From Podarcis tiliguerta (lineage: Eukaryota): a stretch of 64,000 nucleotides of DNA. Numbering within the stretch: the first letter of the stretch is position 1; every line of letters starts with the position of its first letter. Position numbers and translations under genes: made by a program. Below the pieces are notes generated by a model that had not been told where the DNA came from, made no database searches, and saw only the letters and a list, made by a program, of their open reading frames with translations. The stretch lies in NCBI GenBank assembly GCA_965153285.1, contig OZ229112.1; one strand, 5' to 3'. Positions 24,510 to 38,020 of the stretch are shown piece by piece.

Positions 24510-27500
24510 TCTGCACCATCTCCCCGCAAGCGTCCAATCCAGTTTACACTGTTCCAAAGAAAGCTGTTTTTCATTTAAATTTTTTATTACATCAGTTTGT
24601 GTGGAAATGTAGTTCTTTTACAACTTCTATAAGTTAAGATAACTAAAGTGTGGCAAATATATTAATTAATCACACAGCTGCACTGTTCTGTGACCCTCTT
24701 CCCATAACCAGAACAGGCACCCGAGACCAGATAAATATCACATATTCCTGAAGGCTGCTGAAACTGACTGGCACAGTTACAACAGCTTTCAAGCAAACAT
24801 TGAAGCACCACTGGTGTATATACACACTTCACATATGTCTTTGTTTACAGGATATGCATGGTTTTGAAGTACTTCAAAAAGCCTACAAAGATTGTTTGAG
24901 CAAAGCTGGTAGCTTTGACAAATGAAATTAGTGTGTATATCACAGGACACATTGCCTCTATAATTCTGCTTTCAACACTCTGAAAAAGCAATTGTCGATC
25001 TCCAGCCTTTTTGTCAGAAACTATGCAATCACTGTCATTTCCCTAAGACTTTCCATGCCAGCAAATGAAAGGTTAGGAATTGCACAGGGCATGTCACCTG
25101 TTGCAACAAATCCACAGAACATGGTATTAGCAGTGCAGTCCTCTACATGTCTAAGAAGTAAGTCCCATTGAATTTAGTGGGGCCTGCTCCCAGGTAAGGC
25201 CATATACGACCAAAGCCAAAGCTGACATCAGAGGCAGATATGGCAGCATACTGTGAAAGGTTAATATACAGATATAAACAATGTAAAGGGAATGAGTTTT
25301 AACCCCCCCCCCAAAAAAAAGGGTGTCCTGTGATGTTTTGAAAATATTGTAATTAAAGCGAGAATTTTTTCTTTTTAAAATGTTTGTACCCAAATAACCT
25401 TGTTTTCAGGCCAAGCAATGATAGATTAACTTTCACAAAGAGAAATGCTGTATTTGGATAGCCTCTTCACTTCAATCATTTCCAAAAGATATTATCGCCA
25501 AGTCTAAAATCCAGCACTTATATTTGATTTAATATGCTAATACTGCACTTTTGCCACTGATTTGCCACTGATTTCAGTGGCAAAACTCTCACTGACTGCT
25601 GTAAAACAAGGCTGTACTCTTGGATCCCAAGATTCCTCCTTGGTCATTTATAAAGCAACACGTCCAAATATAAAGCCCTTTCCATCCACCCTGATTAAAA
25701 GGGTCTCTAACTAATACTGCATTTCACTGCTATGTTCTTACACTATATAAATGCCAATGTTTTCCAAACTTTTGTCACCTCATGATACCATTTCCTTTGC
25801 CTAGATTTATCCACATTTAAGAGCTGCTCAGAGTAGCTTTAAAATCTGCATTAAGATTTAAGAACAGACAGCATTGCCATTATTATTATCCTGTTTAACA
25901 TGAGTGATTGACATTCACTGGTGTAACAACAGCAGGAAGAGAAAGCAGGCATGTTGTCAATCATGTAACCTTACAGCTCCAGGCAGGCTATTAATGTCTT
26001 AATTTGTTTTTCAAAAAACTTACATCCTTTTCCTGTATGTGAAAAAGTATAACAAAGCATTTTACAACAATAAAACATACATGCAGAAAACCAAATCCAC
26101 AAAATGCATTAAACAAATCAATACTAACTGAAGTTCTTTTAACCATCAGCTGCTGAAAAAAATCTCAAGTGCATCTCTAAACCCTAACAGCTCTAGTGGC
26201 TGTAATTATATAGTTGATTTTATGTAACCATTTTAAAACTCTAAAAGTCAAAGTATTTTTTTGGTCTTCATGTTGTTCTTGAACTTCAAGCATATTTTCA
26301 TATGAAATATTCTGTCCTCTGCAATTAAACTGCCTTTGCAGGTTTTACTAATTTTAGAAGTGTGTGAAGATAATTATAGGAGATTTTTATATAAACCAAA
26401 CCTTTTCATATAAAGAATGCAGTGCAGGTAATGATACACTGATGCAAAGAAGGTACTGCTGGGGGATATATAAGAATGCAATAAGACATAAGGAAGGAAA
26501 CTTATCTTTTGGTACACTGATTTCTGAATTAGTTAATATTTATCCCCAAACATTCTGCAATGTAAACCAAATATGCAAATATTTAAGAACTCCACAATGC
26601 TTTCGGTCTTTGGCCAACAGGAAAAAAGTATTTTCTTGCATGACAGCTGTGAATAAAAACCAAATACGTGCTACATGAGTTATATGTTCCAGGCTAATTC
26701 TGTGTGCCTTACTGTAAAATTTTATATGCCAAGTTATTATGTTTGTGAGTACAATATAACACCATTTTATATGGAGAGAGGCTTGTGTTTCTGTTGTGTT
26801 TGTAAATAAGAAACTACAATGTCAACTAGTAAACAAGACAACTGGCGATAAAACTTGATCACTTTCCAATAAATTGAGAATCTAAAATACAGCTGCATTA
26901 TAAATGAGTTCATAGTTTTGTGTAAATGTCCTTCTCTTCCCACATTAAAAATTATCCCATCCACAAATACTTTGGCTTTCATGCCTCCTTTCTGTTATTC
27001 ATAAAAAACAAATGAAGTGTACATAAATAAGATGATGGAACTTACATATTCTCTCATGAAAATGAATGGGAGCAGGAATTGTCCCATGACTATTTGGAGC
27101 AAAGTAAAATAACTGTAATCAGTGGAGCTACTGGGATGGAGGGAGGGAATCCTGTTACCCCTGCAAAAAGAATCAGGGTATGTCTCCAGCTTAAGAATGT
27201 TTCAGATTTCAGTTCTACCTTCCTCCATAGAAATGAATGGTTGTTATTGGGTATGGAATAATATAAAAGAGCTGTCCTCAAATAAATTGGTAAGGTGGAA
27301 GCAAATGTTGTCCTACCTAGTACACAGGTAAGATGGTGTCAAGAGACTGCATATTTTGCTTTCACCTCAACAGTCTTTCCTGAGTACAGCCCTTTAGGAT
27401 TATTCTATAAAATTCAATAGGAGCCATTCACTTATGGGAGAGGAACTTTTCTCTTCCATAAGAGAAAGAACAGGGAGGTGTGATATTAGAAGGGGACAGA

Positions 27501-27599
27501 TTAGAAGGGGACAGAGGACTGCAGATCTCTCTGTCTAAAGAAGGCTATAGACAAAGACTATGGATTTCTATATATAGAATGCACATATGCTCATTACCT

Positions 27600-28605
27600 T
27601 CCTTGGATTTCATGATACAAAGGCAAGAGAAAGCTGAGTATAGCTGGACATGCACTCTGGACTTAAGGCTGATTTCAAAAAAGCTTAAGGAACTACTAGG
27701 AGAAGTCCCATGGTCAGAAACACTCAGAGAGAATGGAGTCAAAGATGGATGGGCGTTTCTTCTTCTTTTTAATGTTTTATTTAAGCATATTTACAAACAA
27801 ACAAACAAACAAACAATAAGGTACGCACACTCAACCCCAAAAACCAAAGATAGTAAAGGGAAAGGGTAAGAAAGAAAAAAGGATGAAGTTCCACACCCAT
27901 TTGACTCGCCTCCAATAGCACTCGTCATCTTTGAGTCATTTAAGTTCTTATTTACACTGCATATCATTTATCGCTGTAATTACTTCTTTTATAGTACTAT
28001 TATGGTATAACATCAAGTCACCTTACAAGCTTAGTCTAAACATATCAGCATGCTATCTTTAGAGCAGTGTTAGTTCATATATTCTTCGAACCACAACCAC
28101 TGTGCCCTGAATTTCTGGTTTGTTTGTTATCTTATTACCGCAGGTGGATGAGCGTTTCTTAAAGGCAAAATATTGAAGGCACAAATGCAGACAATTTCAA
28201 CTAGGAAAAAAAGGGAGGCAACTAAAGAAACCCGTGGCTACATAAGGAGCTTACAGATGAGCTGAGATTTAAGAAGGGTATGTATAAGAAATGGAAGAAA
28301 GGGGAAATCATGAAAGTAGCCAACAACTGTAGGGAGATAGAGCAAGCTTGTTTTCTCCTGCGCCAGAGGGTAGGAATGAAACCAGTGGCTTCAAGCTGCA
28401 AGAAAGGGAGAACTTTCTGATGGTAAGGGCTGTTCACCAGAGGAACAGACTCCCTCAGAAGGTGGTGGACTCTCTTTCCTTGGAGACTTTTAAGCAGAGT
28501 TTGGATGGCCATCTGTCATGGATGCTTTAGTTGAGATTCCTACGTAGCAGGGGGTTAGACTAGATGACTCTCATGGTCCTTTCCAGCTCTACAATTCTAC
28601 GATTC
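27600..28605 (+). mobile_element. Internally deleted CR1 LINE interrupted by a nested insertion
   Basis: CR1 ORF2 linker-like peptides (TLD...KLKELLGEVPWSETLRENGVKDGWAFL / KPWLHKELTDELRFKKGMYKKWKKG) joined directly to the C-terminal NFLMVRAVHQRNRLPQKVVDSLSLETFKQSLDGHLS and a CR1 3' tail. Confidence 0.8.
27762..28141 (-). mobile_element. Poly(A)-type non-LTR (L1/Tx1-like) 3' fragment nested in CR1
   Basis: Flanked by a 19-bp direct repeat (17/19) at 27743-27761 and 28142-28160; the minus strand ends ...AATAAAACATTAAAAAGAAG. Confidence 0.6.
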
Positions 28606-31600
28606 CCCTATGCAAATCTGTTGTTACAATGGTATTCTGCTGTAGGTGGGCACCCTATAGAAAGGAAGGAAGACACACCAAACCAGAAATTCAGTGTCAC
28701 TAAGAGCCATTTATGTTTATGCATGGAGTGAAACATTATTGGGGTCAAAGGACCAGAAGACAAAGCTCTTAATAAAGATGAATGGAGCTACTGTATGTGC
28801 ATTAGGGAAGCATCACATATACTTCTTCATTCCTGTCTCAAGCCCAAAGAAGTTAAGCACTACATTGTCTCATGCATTACTTCATTTAAAAAAATGAAGT
28901 AATGAAGTCATTGGTTTGAACCCAATTCAAGTCACAATCAGGCTATATCTACTGAAATCAGTGGACAAGTTAGTCATGACTACGGATAGAAAGAGCTGTC
29001 AATTTAGGTTCTCTCAAGTTCTCATTTTTCCAATCTTAAATTCAGTTGTCCGCATTTTACAGCAATTCTACAGCAATTTGTGGATTTTCTTTTTTAATCC
29101 TCATGAAAATTCACCAGAATTTTAGTGCGAATTCCTCCTAATAAAGAATTATTATATAACTAATGTTCATGCAAACAGATTTCCCTAAAGCAATGCCATT
29201 CTGAGTATTATTTTCACTAAAAATTTCCCCTATGGTATTGTTGTAACCATTGGTTGGAGAAGTGCATTGCAAAATATGGGTAACTATGGATAGTTAAAAC
29301 ACTGAAACAGATATAACAAATAACAGTACAATCCCATGCATGCTTTATAAAAAGTCAGTCTTACTGGGTTGAATGAGGCTTACTCCCTTGCAAGTGTAGG
29401 TAGGATTGCCACTTCAATAGCATTTTAGCTCATTACACCATCTTTTAGCAGAAAGAAAAAAATACTCCTTAAAACATTCCCATCCAAATGGCTCAAGTCA
29501 GAACTTCTGTATAGTCAGGCCACCCAAAATGTAACCCTCATCAACGTCCTACCATAGATGCCCCCTGACCATAACTTCAGTAAGTGTTATAGCCTCAGAA
29601 GCTCCCAGACCATTCAATGGACCCTGGGGGGAAAAACTTATTTAACTTTGGCAAAGTCACAAATGGAACCTTTGAATGTATTTAAGTTTCCACCCACACT
29701 ATTATCCTGCCATGATCAGAATTACTTCTTGACATTGAAAACGTTATTGGTATCTCTCTACTTGCACAAACCTACGTTTATGTAGGTGTTAGAACTGAAG
29801 GAGGAAATGTGAAGTATCATTACAGCTACTAACCAGTTCAGGCTAATGGAAAGTTAAAATGTTTGAACTGTTGAATCCTTTAACATCTTTTCTCTAACAT
29901 TAAAACTTTGTTTTTATTCAGTCTTGGTTTAACTCACTTCCTTTGGGAGAGATCCTGAGGCCACAGTGAGAAAGGATAGCAAATCACCTACAATGTGAAT
30001 ATGGTTTAGGGCAGGATTAGCAAATCTTTTGGAGCTCAAAAGCTACATTGAGAGTTCACCACAACTTCAAGGTCTGCATGCTAGCAAATGCACATACACA
30101 CACAGGGTAGGGGGAGAGAAAAGCAGCCTGCGCATGGCTATACACATACTTAGCAGATTGGAAACATACATAGAGGCACAGGTTTGGGCGCAAACACACA
30201 TTCAGGCAGGCAGACACACACCCAATAGACAATGAAAATGTGTGATCACTAACAATCATTCTCAAGATGATTGCCCCAGTCACTTTGGGTGGCAAGGGGT
30301 ATCTTAGGTGAAGTAGGGGGAGATACTGGTGTCCCACAGTCACCTGCCCCTAAACTCTCATGTGTCACCAAAATATTAAGCCTTGCCAGTTGTTTTCAAT
30401 TCAGGCTCCAAACATGTTTGTGGTGAACTTGTCAAATGAATAGGCTGAGCACAAGGCAGACCACAATTTTGCAATCCAATCACAAACCTTCCAAATGTTG
30501 GTTGCAAAGCTGTGGTCATGATGAAACGACTCACAATCACAGGGCTGCTTCACAGTAAATATATTTTGAAGTTAGGACTGAAAACAAGGAGGCTCGTCAC
30601 AAGGACAAGGGTCATGTGAATTGGCCTTTAGTCAGGATGGACTGAAAAGTAAAGAACTTGGACACATTCCATCTCTCAGAGGATTAGTGGTGTAGGCTAA
30701 ATTAGCCTTAATTGTAATTAGATTCTGTGGGGCTCTGCAAAGGAGAAAGCTCTGAAGTATGCCATCGTGCCAGGAATTTCAGACAAACAGTACTCACAAA
30801 GAGGGGGAAGAGGAAAAACAGATTCACAAAAATCAGCAGACAAAATAATTTGCGTACGAAAGGAAAATGGTAAGAAATAGTTCTTAAATATGAAAAAGAA
30901 AACATTTACAGGACACTTTAGATATAATTGCCCAGCAATTTGGATTGTAAAGTTCTGTAATCTCTATACAATGCAGCATATTTTATTGTTCACATTACAA
31001 TGCGGCATTGCTACATTCCAAGAGAGACTAAAATTAAGCACTTTCCTTAAGATGTTCTTTCTTGAATTTGATTATTCTGGTAAATACTGCAATATTTCAT
31101 GGCGAAGAGTATGAATACAAGCCAGTCTCCTCATCTTGGAAATCACCAAATATACAGTTTGATTCTCAAAGGAAGCTGCATGGTCACGATCTTAAAGCCA
31201 CACATTCATTCCAATGTGGCAACATAGCTTCAGAGACTGAGAGACCTTAAGAGCTACTGCACAGCAACACACTCCAACAGACCTGCAGTTTCATCTCCAG
31301 AGTCAGTATAAATATCCAGTCTAGCACAAGGGATAGGAGGAGGAAGCAGGATGGAATCACTGCCAAATGGCAGGGGGCAGCAGCAGGAGATCTCTTTGGC
31401 CAGGGTCTCAGGCCTCAAATTTAGCTCAATATTTGTTAATTTTTTGGCATTTAGCAACCTTTCTTTATGCACATTGGACGAAATTGTGACACACATTCCA
31501 AGCTTAGATCTGCAAATTTAAACAATTAAGAGATGCATTTGCTAAATTACATTTTTTTTTGTTAACCAATATAGATTTTGTCATATGCTTAGTATCAACT

Positions 31601-33589
31601 CTATTACATGAAGCTCACAGCCTTTCAAAGAACTAACCATGTTTTAAGAACCAAACAAGAACACAGCCTGGTGGCAGGAGAGCAAAAGGGCGTATAAAAA
31701 CTGCTGGCATAGAAGAGGAAATAAATCTCACCTGCCTCCATTAAATTAATACTGTCCACTTCCTAAAATTACTGTGTAGGATGTCTAGCAACATTCTAAT
31801 TTTCTTTCCTCCAAATCTGCTTTGGGCCTATTCCAATCCATCTACGACATTTCCACTCTTTTCGAGTCACCCTCACAAATATGATGTCAAATATTAAGGC
31901 ATCACAGAAACACACAGCTTGAAAGGAATTCCACAGACATTCAGTCTCATCTGGGCTTAACTACAACAAATGAGTACATAGGGTGGAATTCAATGAAGTG
32001 CTAAGTGGGGTATGCACCTGGAAAATGAGGTCCACTCATGAAAGGTCACTTTTCCATTCTCTCCTTTACCCCTGTGCCCCTTAAACCTGTTCTGGGTTTT
32101 CCCCCAACCTTCCAGAGCAGATTTAGGGGGAAGGAAGGAGGAGAAAAGTTCTGTTGTGCAAGTGGACTTCATTCCATGCAAACAACTTCGTTGAATCCCA
32201 CCCATAGCATCCAAATTGTAGCATGCCACCATTACGGAGAAGAAGAAGCAGTGTGTCACTGCATAAGAACCTTTGTCAGACAGGTGTGCTCTAGATATTT
32301 TGGACCACAAGTCCCAGCATGCCTGGAAGCTGAAGTGCAAAACATTTGGAGGGTGCCAGGTTGATGAAGCCTGCTGAAAAAGCTACAGCAGGGCAAGAAA
32401 AAGCTTCAATGGCAAACTGAGAAGCCAAGAGCCACTGACCGAAAAAAAGAATGAGGAAAATGCTTTTCTCCTCAGAAATATAGTGACTGATTGGTCACCA
32501 GGCACAGATGCAAAACTATGTCTATCGATGAAAACATCCTCAGCCCCTAGGCACTATCCACACCACCTGATACCTACCAGTAATTTCCAACTTTGCTCTT
32601 ATGAAGCAGCTGAAAAACAAGAGCTAAAATGCTGAAATAGATGTTACAAATAGCAGTACAATCTTATGCATACTTCTTCAAAAGTAAGTCTTACTGGGTT
32701 CAATGAGGCTTACTCCTTTGCAAGTGTATGTAGGATTGCCACTTCAATAGCATTTAAAATGTCTAGCTCATAGCAAATCTTCCCTGCTTGTCTTTCAACT
32801 TTTAAAAGTGTGGGATGTGTGGGATGGAGCTATATTATTATCACTCAAGTGGAAATTGTCAGAGAAAATTGTGTGGGAAGTCTACAGTTTTGTCCAGATA
32901 ACTTTAAACAAATAAGAAAATTTCATCAAGCTCAAACTACTTTCAAGGATTCTGTTGCAGAAAGCGGGGTATTATAAGGAAAGACTGATTTGCTATATAG
33001 GAACATAGTTACTTTTTTGGACCCTTCAAAACTACCATCTAAACAAACTACAAACAAGTTATAAAGTTCTGATTTTTAAAAATAAAGTACACACAGTGTA
33101 AACAGGTTATAATGAACTATTTCATTCCTACTCCATTATTATGCTGTGGCTCCATTCTTCTCCCCAAAACCAAATGAAGCCAATTTCACAGCCACTCTGA
33201 CTTCGAAATGAATGAATGTACACAACATGACTTCCCTTTCCTTCAATTACAAGACTGGAAGAGGTGAACACACTCATTCACAATTGTGCTAATATAGATA
33301 AACATGAGCACTAGCATGGACAATGGCAAAGCAAGATATTTTTCTCACTTCCATTTCACTAAGTACAGCAGAATAGGTCTGCCTTATCTGGCACAGGAAA
33401 TTGCTGGAGCCTCCCTTTCGCTCATTATTATTTTAAATTGTAGGTGAAGCATTGTGCTGTCACTTGGGATCCAGGACTTTTCCCATGGTTGTCTGAATCT
33501 CACACAATAGGTTTGTTGGCAGTCACAAATAGATGATTTAGTCCTGCAAAAAACTCTTAGGGAGCACAAAGGATAGAGTCCCATTTCAG

Positions 33590-33833
33590 TAGGGTTGCCA
33601 TATTTCAAATAGTTAAATTCCTGACGCCCGCAAAGTTGTTGAGCTTTTCTTAGGAAACCTAACCCAAAAATAGTGATTTTAAGCTTTCTGAGCTGTTTCC
33701 ACTGCTTTTTCCATCGTGTTGTACATCTAGGTTTTCCCTGATATTTTGCCAATTCGGCAAAATTCCCCCAATGCTATTTTTACACCCGAAAACCAGGACA
33801 TGTCAGGAGTTTTCCTGAAGTATGGCAAGCCTA
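33590..33833. mobile_element. hAT (Blackjack-type termini) MITE
   Basis: TIR tagggttgccata / tatggcaagccta; perfect 8-bp TSD catttcag at 33582-33589 and 33834-33841. Confidence 0.85.
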
Positions 33834-34422
33834 CATTTCAGTAACAATGCAAAGGGAAAGTCATTGGTTCTGCTGCCCACAAAACACATGGCAGATGTCC
33901 ACATGGCAGGTGCTCAGAATCATGAGCTATGCATTGGCATTTCAGTTCACATAAAGATCAGAATCATACTGGTGTTCCAAATCCCATGGTGTATTGTATG
34001 TTCTTCCCATTGGTATCGCTTCCTCAACTTTGTGTGCTGAAGCATGAATTGGGGAATATGGGAAACTCCTTTAGCAACTCCCTTAATGTCTCTAGTAATA
34101 AAAAGGATTGTTCTGGGTGGTTGCTGTCAGAAATACATGCCTCCTTTTCTATACCTCCTTTTTGATCATATCCTTTGATCTGGTTCTCCTCATTAACCCT
34201 CAGTACATTCTTTGTGTCCCAAATTTTCCTAAAAGATTATCTTAAAAATCACAGCACTGTTAGATTTGAGTCAAAGATGAAATCCCTAGCTAACTGGTTT
34301 GCCCTGCTGTTATGTTGCAAAAATAAATCCTAAAAGTTTTTATTAAATCTCATTACTTATACATATCTGTTTATATTAGGGAAAAGTCTCTGTCCAAAAT
34401 ACAAGTACAGTAAATTCACTTT

Positions 34423-34490
34423 CACAGAATCATAGAATTGGAAAGGACTTTGAAGCAAATCTAGTCCAACCCCCTGCAAGGCAAGAATCT
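34423..34490 (-). mobile_element. CR1 3' tail fragment
   Basis: cacagaatcatagaattggaaagg...tctagtccaaccccctgc. Confidence 0.65.
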
Positions 34491-35261
34491 CAACACACGG
34501 TACCCCATCCAATTTAAAACCATACCTGACCAGACTCTGCTCAGCTTTACAAATGTGCTTAGCAGTTTTACTGCTGCACCACTGGGAGGTGGTCCTTTTC
34601 ATTTGTTTATAAATAATTTAAATGACTTTCTATTAGATTGTTAACATTACCTCTTTACTTCCTTATTTGTCTTAAAAGAGTGGTATGCTAAAATCAAATC
34701 CAGGTTCAGATTTTCAAAGTGCTATCAAAGGGCCTCAAAGATCCTAAAGATACAACAGCTTATAGAAATCAATGGGAGATTCAGGTATGTTACAACTGCA
34801 GGCATAAACCCTAATGAATAATAAGATTCAGAAATGATAACACAGCCTAGAAGTGCAGTGACAAAACCAGTGAAGGAAGAAATAATCTTAACTCACACCT
34901 GCATTACAGGCCAGCTGGTTGCATCAGGCATACAAAATATAATCAGGGCAGACAACCAGGTTTAAATTTGTAAGCCCAACATGAGGTTCATGACAAAATC
35001 ATATCTCAATATGAACTGAGTGTAGTTACACCACCTTAAGTAATATATGCATTGGCTTGTTGTTGTTGTTTTTTAGGCTTCACTAAACACTGAGGTTCAT
35101 GAATAACAAATGATTATTTATATCAATCCCAGCAACAAATCATTGACAAAATACTCTCAAACAAGAGAAAAACAAATCATGACTGAAAAACAAAAAAGGC
35201 TCAGAATAAAACGCTCATTTTAAAAATCATGCTCTTGTCTTACGCATTTTATTCTGCTATC

Positions 35262-35500
35262 CAGGGTATTCAGTGACTGGCTCCCCTAGAAGCCCAGACC
35301 TGGAAAACTGGGTCATTCTCATCTGCTGGAGGCTCAGAGACTTGAACTCCTATGGTTTGAATTATTCTCAACAGCTGCTCCTTATAACAAACTACTGAAG
35401 AACTTGCAGAGATTGGTTTCTGATCTTCCATTTCATTTGGAGATAGATCTGAGGCCATTTCTGAATGCTCAGAGTCTGATGGGCCCAGTCCACCCATGCC
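35262..35500 (-). mobile_element. Probable DIRS-type retrotransposon ORF1 relic
   Basis: Peptide SDSEHSEMASDLSPNE...YKEQLLRIIQTIGVQVSEPPADENDPVFQV resembles vertebrate DIRS1 ORF1 as I recall it; not aligned. Confidence 0.45.
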
Positions 35501-35707
35501 TTCCTACTTTGCAGATTCTCATAAAAGAGGAATGTTGCCCCTTTCCATGTTAAGTCATGCTTCTTACACTTTGCAATGCCTGTCACCAAAGTTTGCAATT
35601 ACCTGGTTCAGGATAAGAATGAACCATTGTAATGCTTAGATAAATTGTGGATCAAATGTCATCCTGCCCCTCAAAAGAAGTTTAACTCTCTAGATTGTAA
35701 TGTAAAA

Positions 35708-35893
35708 CAGAGCTTTCCAAACTTTTCATGTTGGTGATGCACTTTTTAGACATGCCTCATTTTGCGACACAGTAGTTCAGTTTTACTAGCAAACAGAATG
35801 TTAAACAAACCCCTTATAAGAGTGTTGTGTGACACACCTACACATTGAAGCCGGCACACTAACATGTTACAACACACAGTTTGGAAAGCTCTG
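35708..35893. mobile_element. hAT MITE (186 bp)
   Basis: Perfect 16-bp TIR cagagctttccaaact; perfect 8-bp TSD atgtaaaa at 35700-35707 and 35894-35901. Confidence 0.9.
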
Positions 35894-38020
35894 ATGTAAA
35901 ATGAGATTCTGCACATGCAAGGTCAGCATTAGTAGTAGCTACTATGGTGGGGCAGAGCTGCACTCCAGATACCAGCATTGCTAAATATTATGAGGACTGG
36001 GTTGGGGCAGGAGCACTGGCACAGCCAGTCTGGTGCTCCCATTGCTGCCCTGCCCATGGAAGTTTGTCCTTCCAAGCTGCATTAATGTATTCAGTCCTTC
36101 CCACTGTCTTCATCTTTCCTCTGCTGACCCAAGAAATAATGAACCACTTCAAGCAGTGCCAAGCACAGCTTCACTACACTGCATCAAACGCACAGGAGCA
36201 GACCACATAATATTTTCTCATAACACTGGATTTTAAGAGTGAAAGGTGGCTTAAGTAAAAGCAGAAACAGCAAGCTTTTCATCTTTTGCATCTGGTGCAT
36301 TCTATTTTCTGCCCATTTTGGCAGCTGTAGCTTTATGTACTTAGTGAATACAATTTCAAAGCATATTCTTACCCACTGACAACAATTCTCTCCCCCCCCC
36401 CCCCCATTTAAGCCATTTTTAGTAATGTGCATCTCTTGTTATGTCTTTGATGTTGTATACATTTCTTCTATCTTCACTGTGGGGTGAGTAACACATTTCA
36501 CAGTGAACAAAACCCTGATGTATTTATTTCCTCCTTATTTTGAGTCCCTTTAATGATACTTCTGAATATGGACTTCTGGATTTGGCTCTGCTATTTAGCA
36601 CAGATAAGTAGCACAGCAATAACCAAAGGAAAGGATGCTTAACGAGAACTGGAAGATTGGGACTTTGCACTGGAACTAGATAGGGTAGTAGGCAACACTT
36701 TTCATTTATATTTCAAGAAAAGTTAATTCCAAGCATCTAACATTAAGTGTTTATGACAATTCTTCCTCAAAGTAATATACATTTTAATCTTCTAATTTAG
36801 TTGGATATCTGAGCAATTGTGCCCAGTAATTTTCTTCTAAAAAGTCTGCCAATTCTCTGACATTTACTGGGGTCTATTTAATAGGGTTTTATGACTTTTA
36901 TTCAGTGGCATAAAATTTTGTGCCACTGTTAAGTTGTTTATTGTTGCTGTTTACCATAACACAAAAATACCAACCGTTGATCCGTTTATATTAGCACATG
37001 TAGTAACAAAGTACTGTATAGCAGAACTTCACAATATAACAAAATCATAGGGCAATTTTTGAGGGAGTGCAAGAAATGCAAAAAGAACATCATAAAGTAC
37101 TTTAAAAAAAAACACCACGGTAGCTTTGGGAGAAGAAATAACCCCTATAATATCCCATCAAAATACCTGAGGTATGTTGATATAAGCAACAATCACAGGC
37201 ATGATATAAAATGTTCATAAAAGCTCTGATGAGTGTAAGCTTTGTTACTCCTATTCAATATGCAGCTATACGAAGGGAAACAGCCGTTCTGGACTGCATA
37301 ATCAGACAACATAGCAGAATGCTTCCCTTCAGTCTGACGTTAAAAAATCACTAGAGTATTTCTCTGACAAGTCTGATTTAGACAGTAAACAGTCTACACA
37401 CATTATTACTGAAAGGATATCCATGAGATCCAGGTTAACAAGTTATAAATCACTTTTTTATTGCTTAAAGCAGCAGCTGAGAATTGTTTGATGTAACCAA
37501 TTTCTATTTTTAACTACTGGCACAATTTAAACATGCTGCATTTTCAGCCTTTACATGCAAAGAAAAAGGAGAGATTAAAAGAGTGGTGCAAAGAGGGAAA
37601 ATTATAATTGGAGAGCTGCAGGTGTTTTAAAAGTGTGTAATATCTGATGCACCTTTCATAACTGTGCCTGTGTGTATATACACACAGAGAGAGAAAATCA
37701 GCCATTATTTTACCATAATTTCTATAATAAAATATTTGTTGTATTAATGCAACTACTATTTTATGAGCAGAGTAATAAGTTTAAATTCCTTCTCCAACTT
37801 TAATCCCATGTGATTTAACACAGCAGCCATAGCATTAGATGCCCACATTGCAACGTCTTGTTTTTAGCTTCCCGCTCTCTCGAAATGGATCAAAGATGAA
37901 ACGTTGGCATAATAATAATTTTTGATGATGGGAATGAAATTATCTTACAATAACTATCTCTGCTTGTCAGAAGCCTACTTACATATTGAAATGTTATTAC
38001 TTGAGTATAGTTTGAGGGAA

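Noticed and set aside
23791-24637. Six overlapping ORFs up to 190 aa suggesting a nested gene
   Set aside because: Explained by stop-codon scarcity in a GC-rich palindromic hAT element; no recognisable protein.
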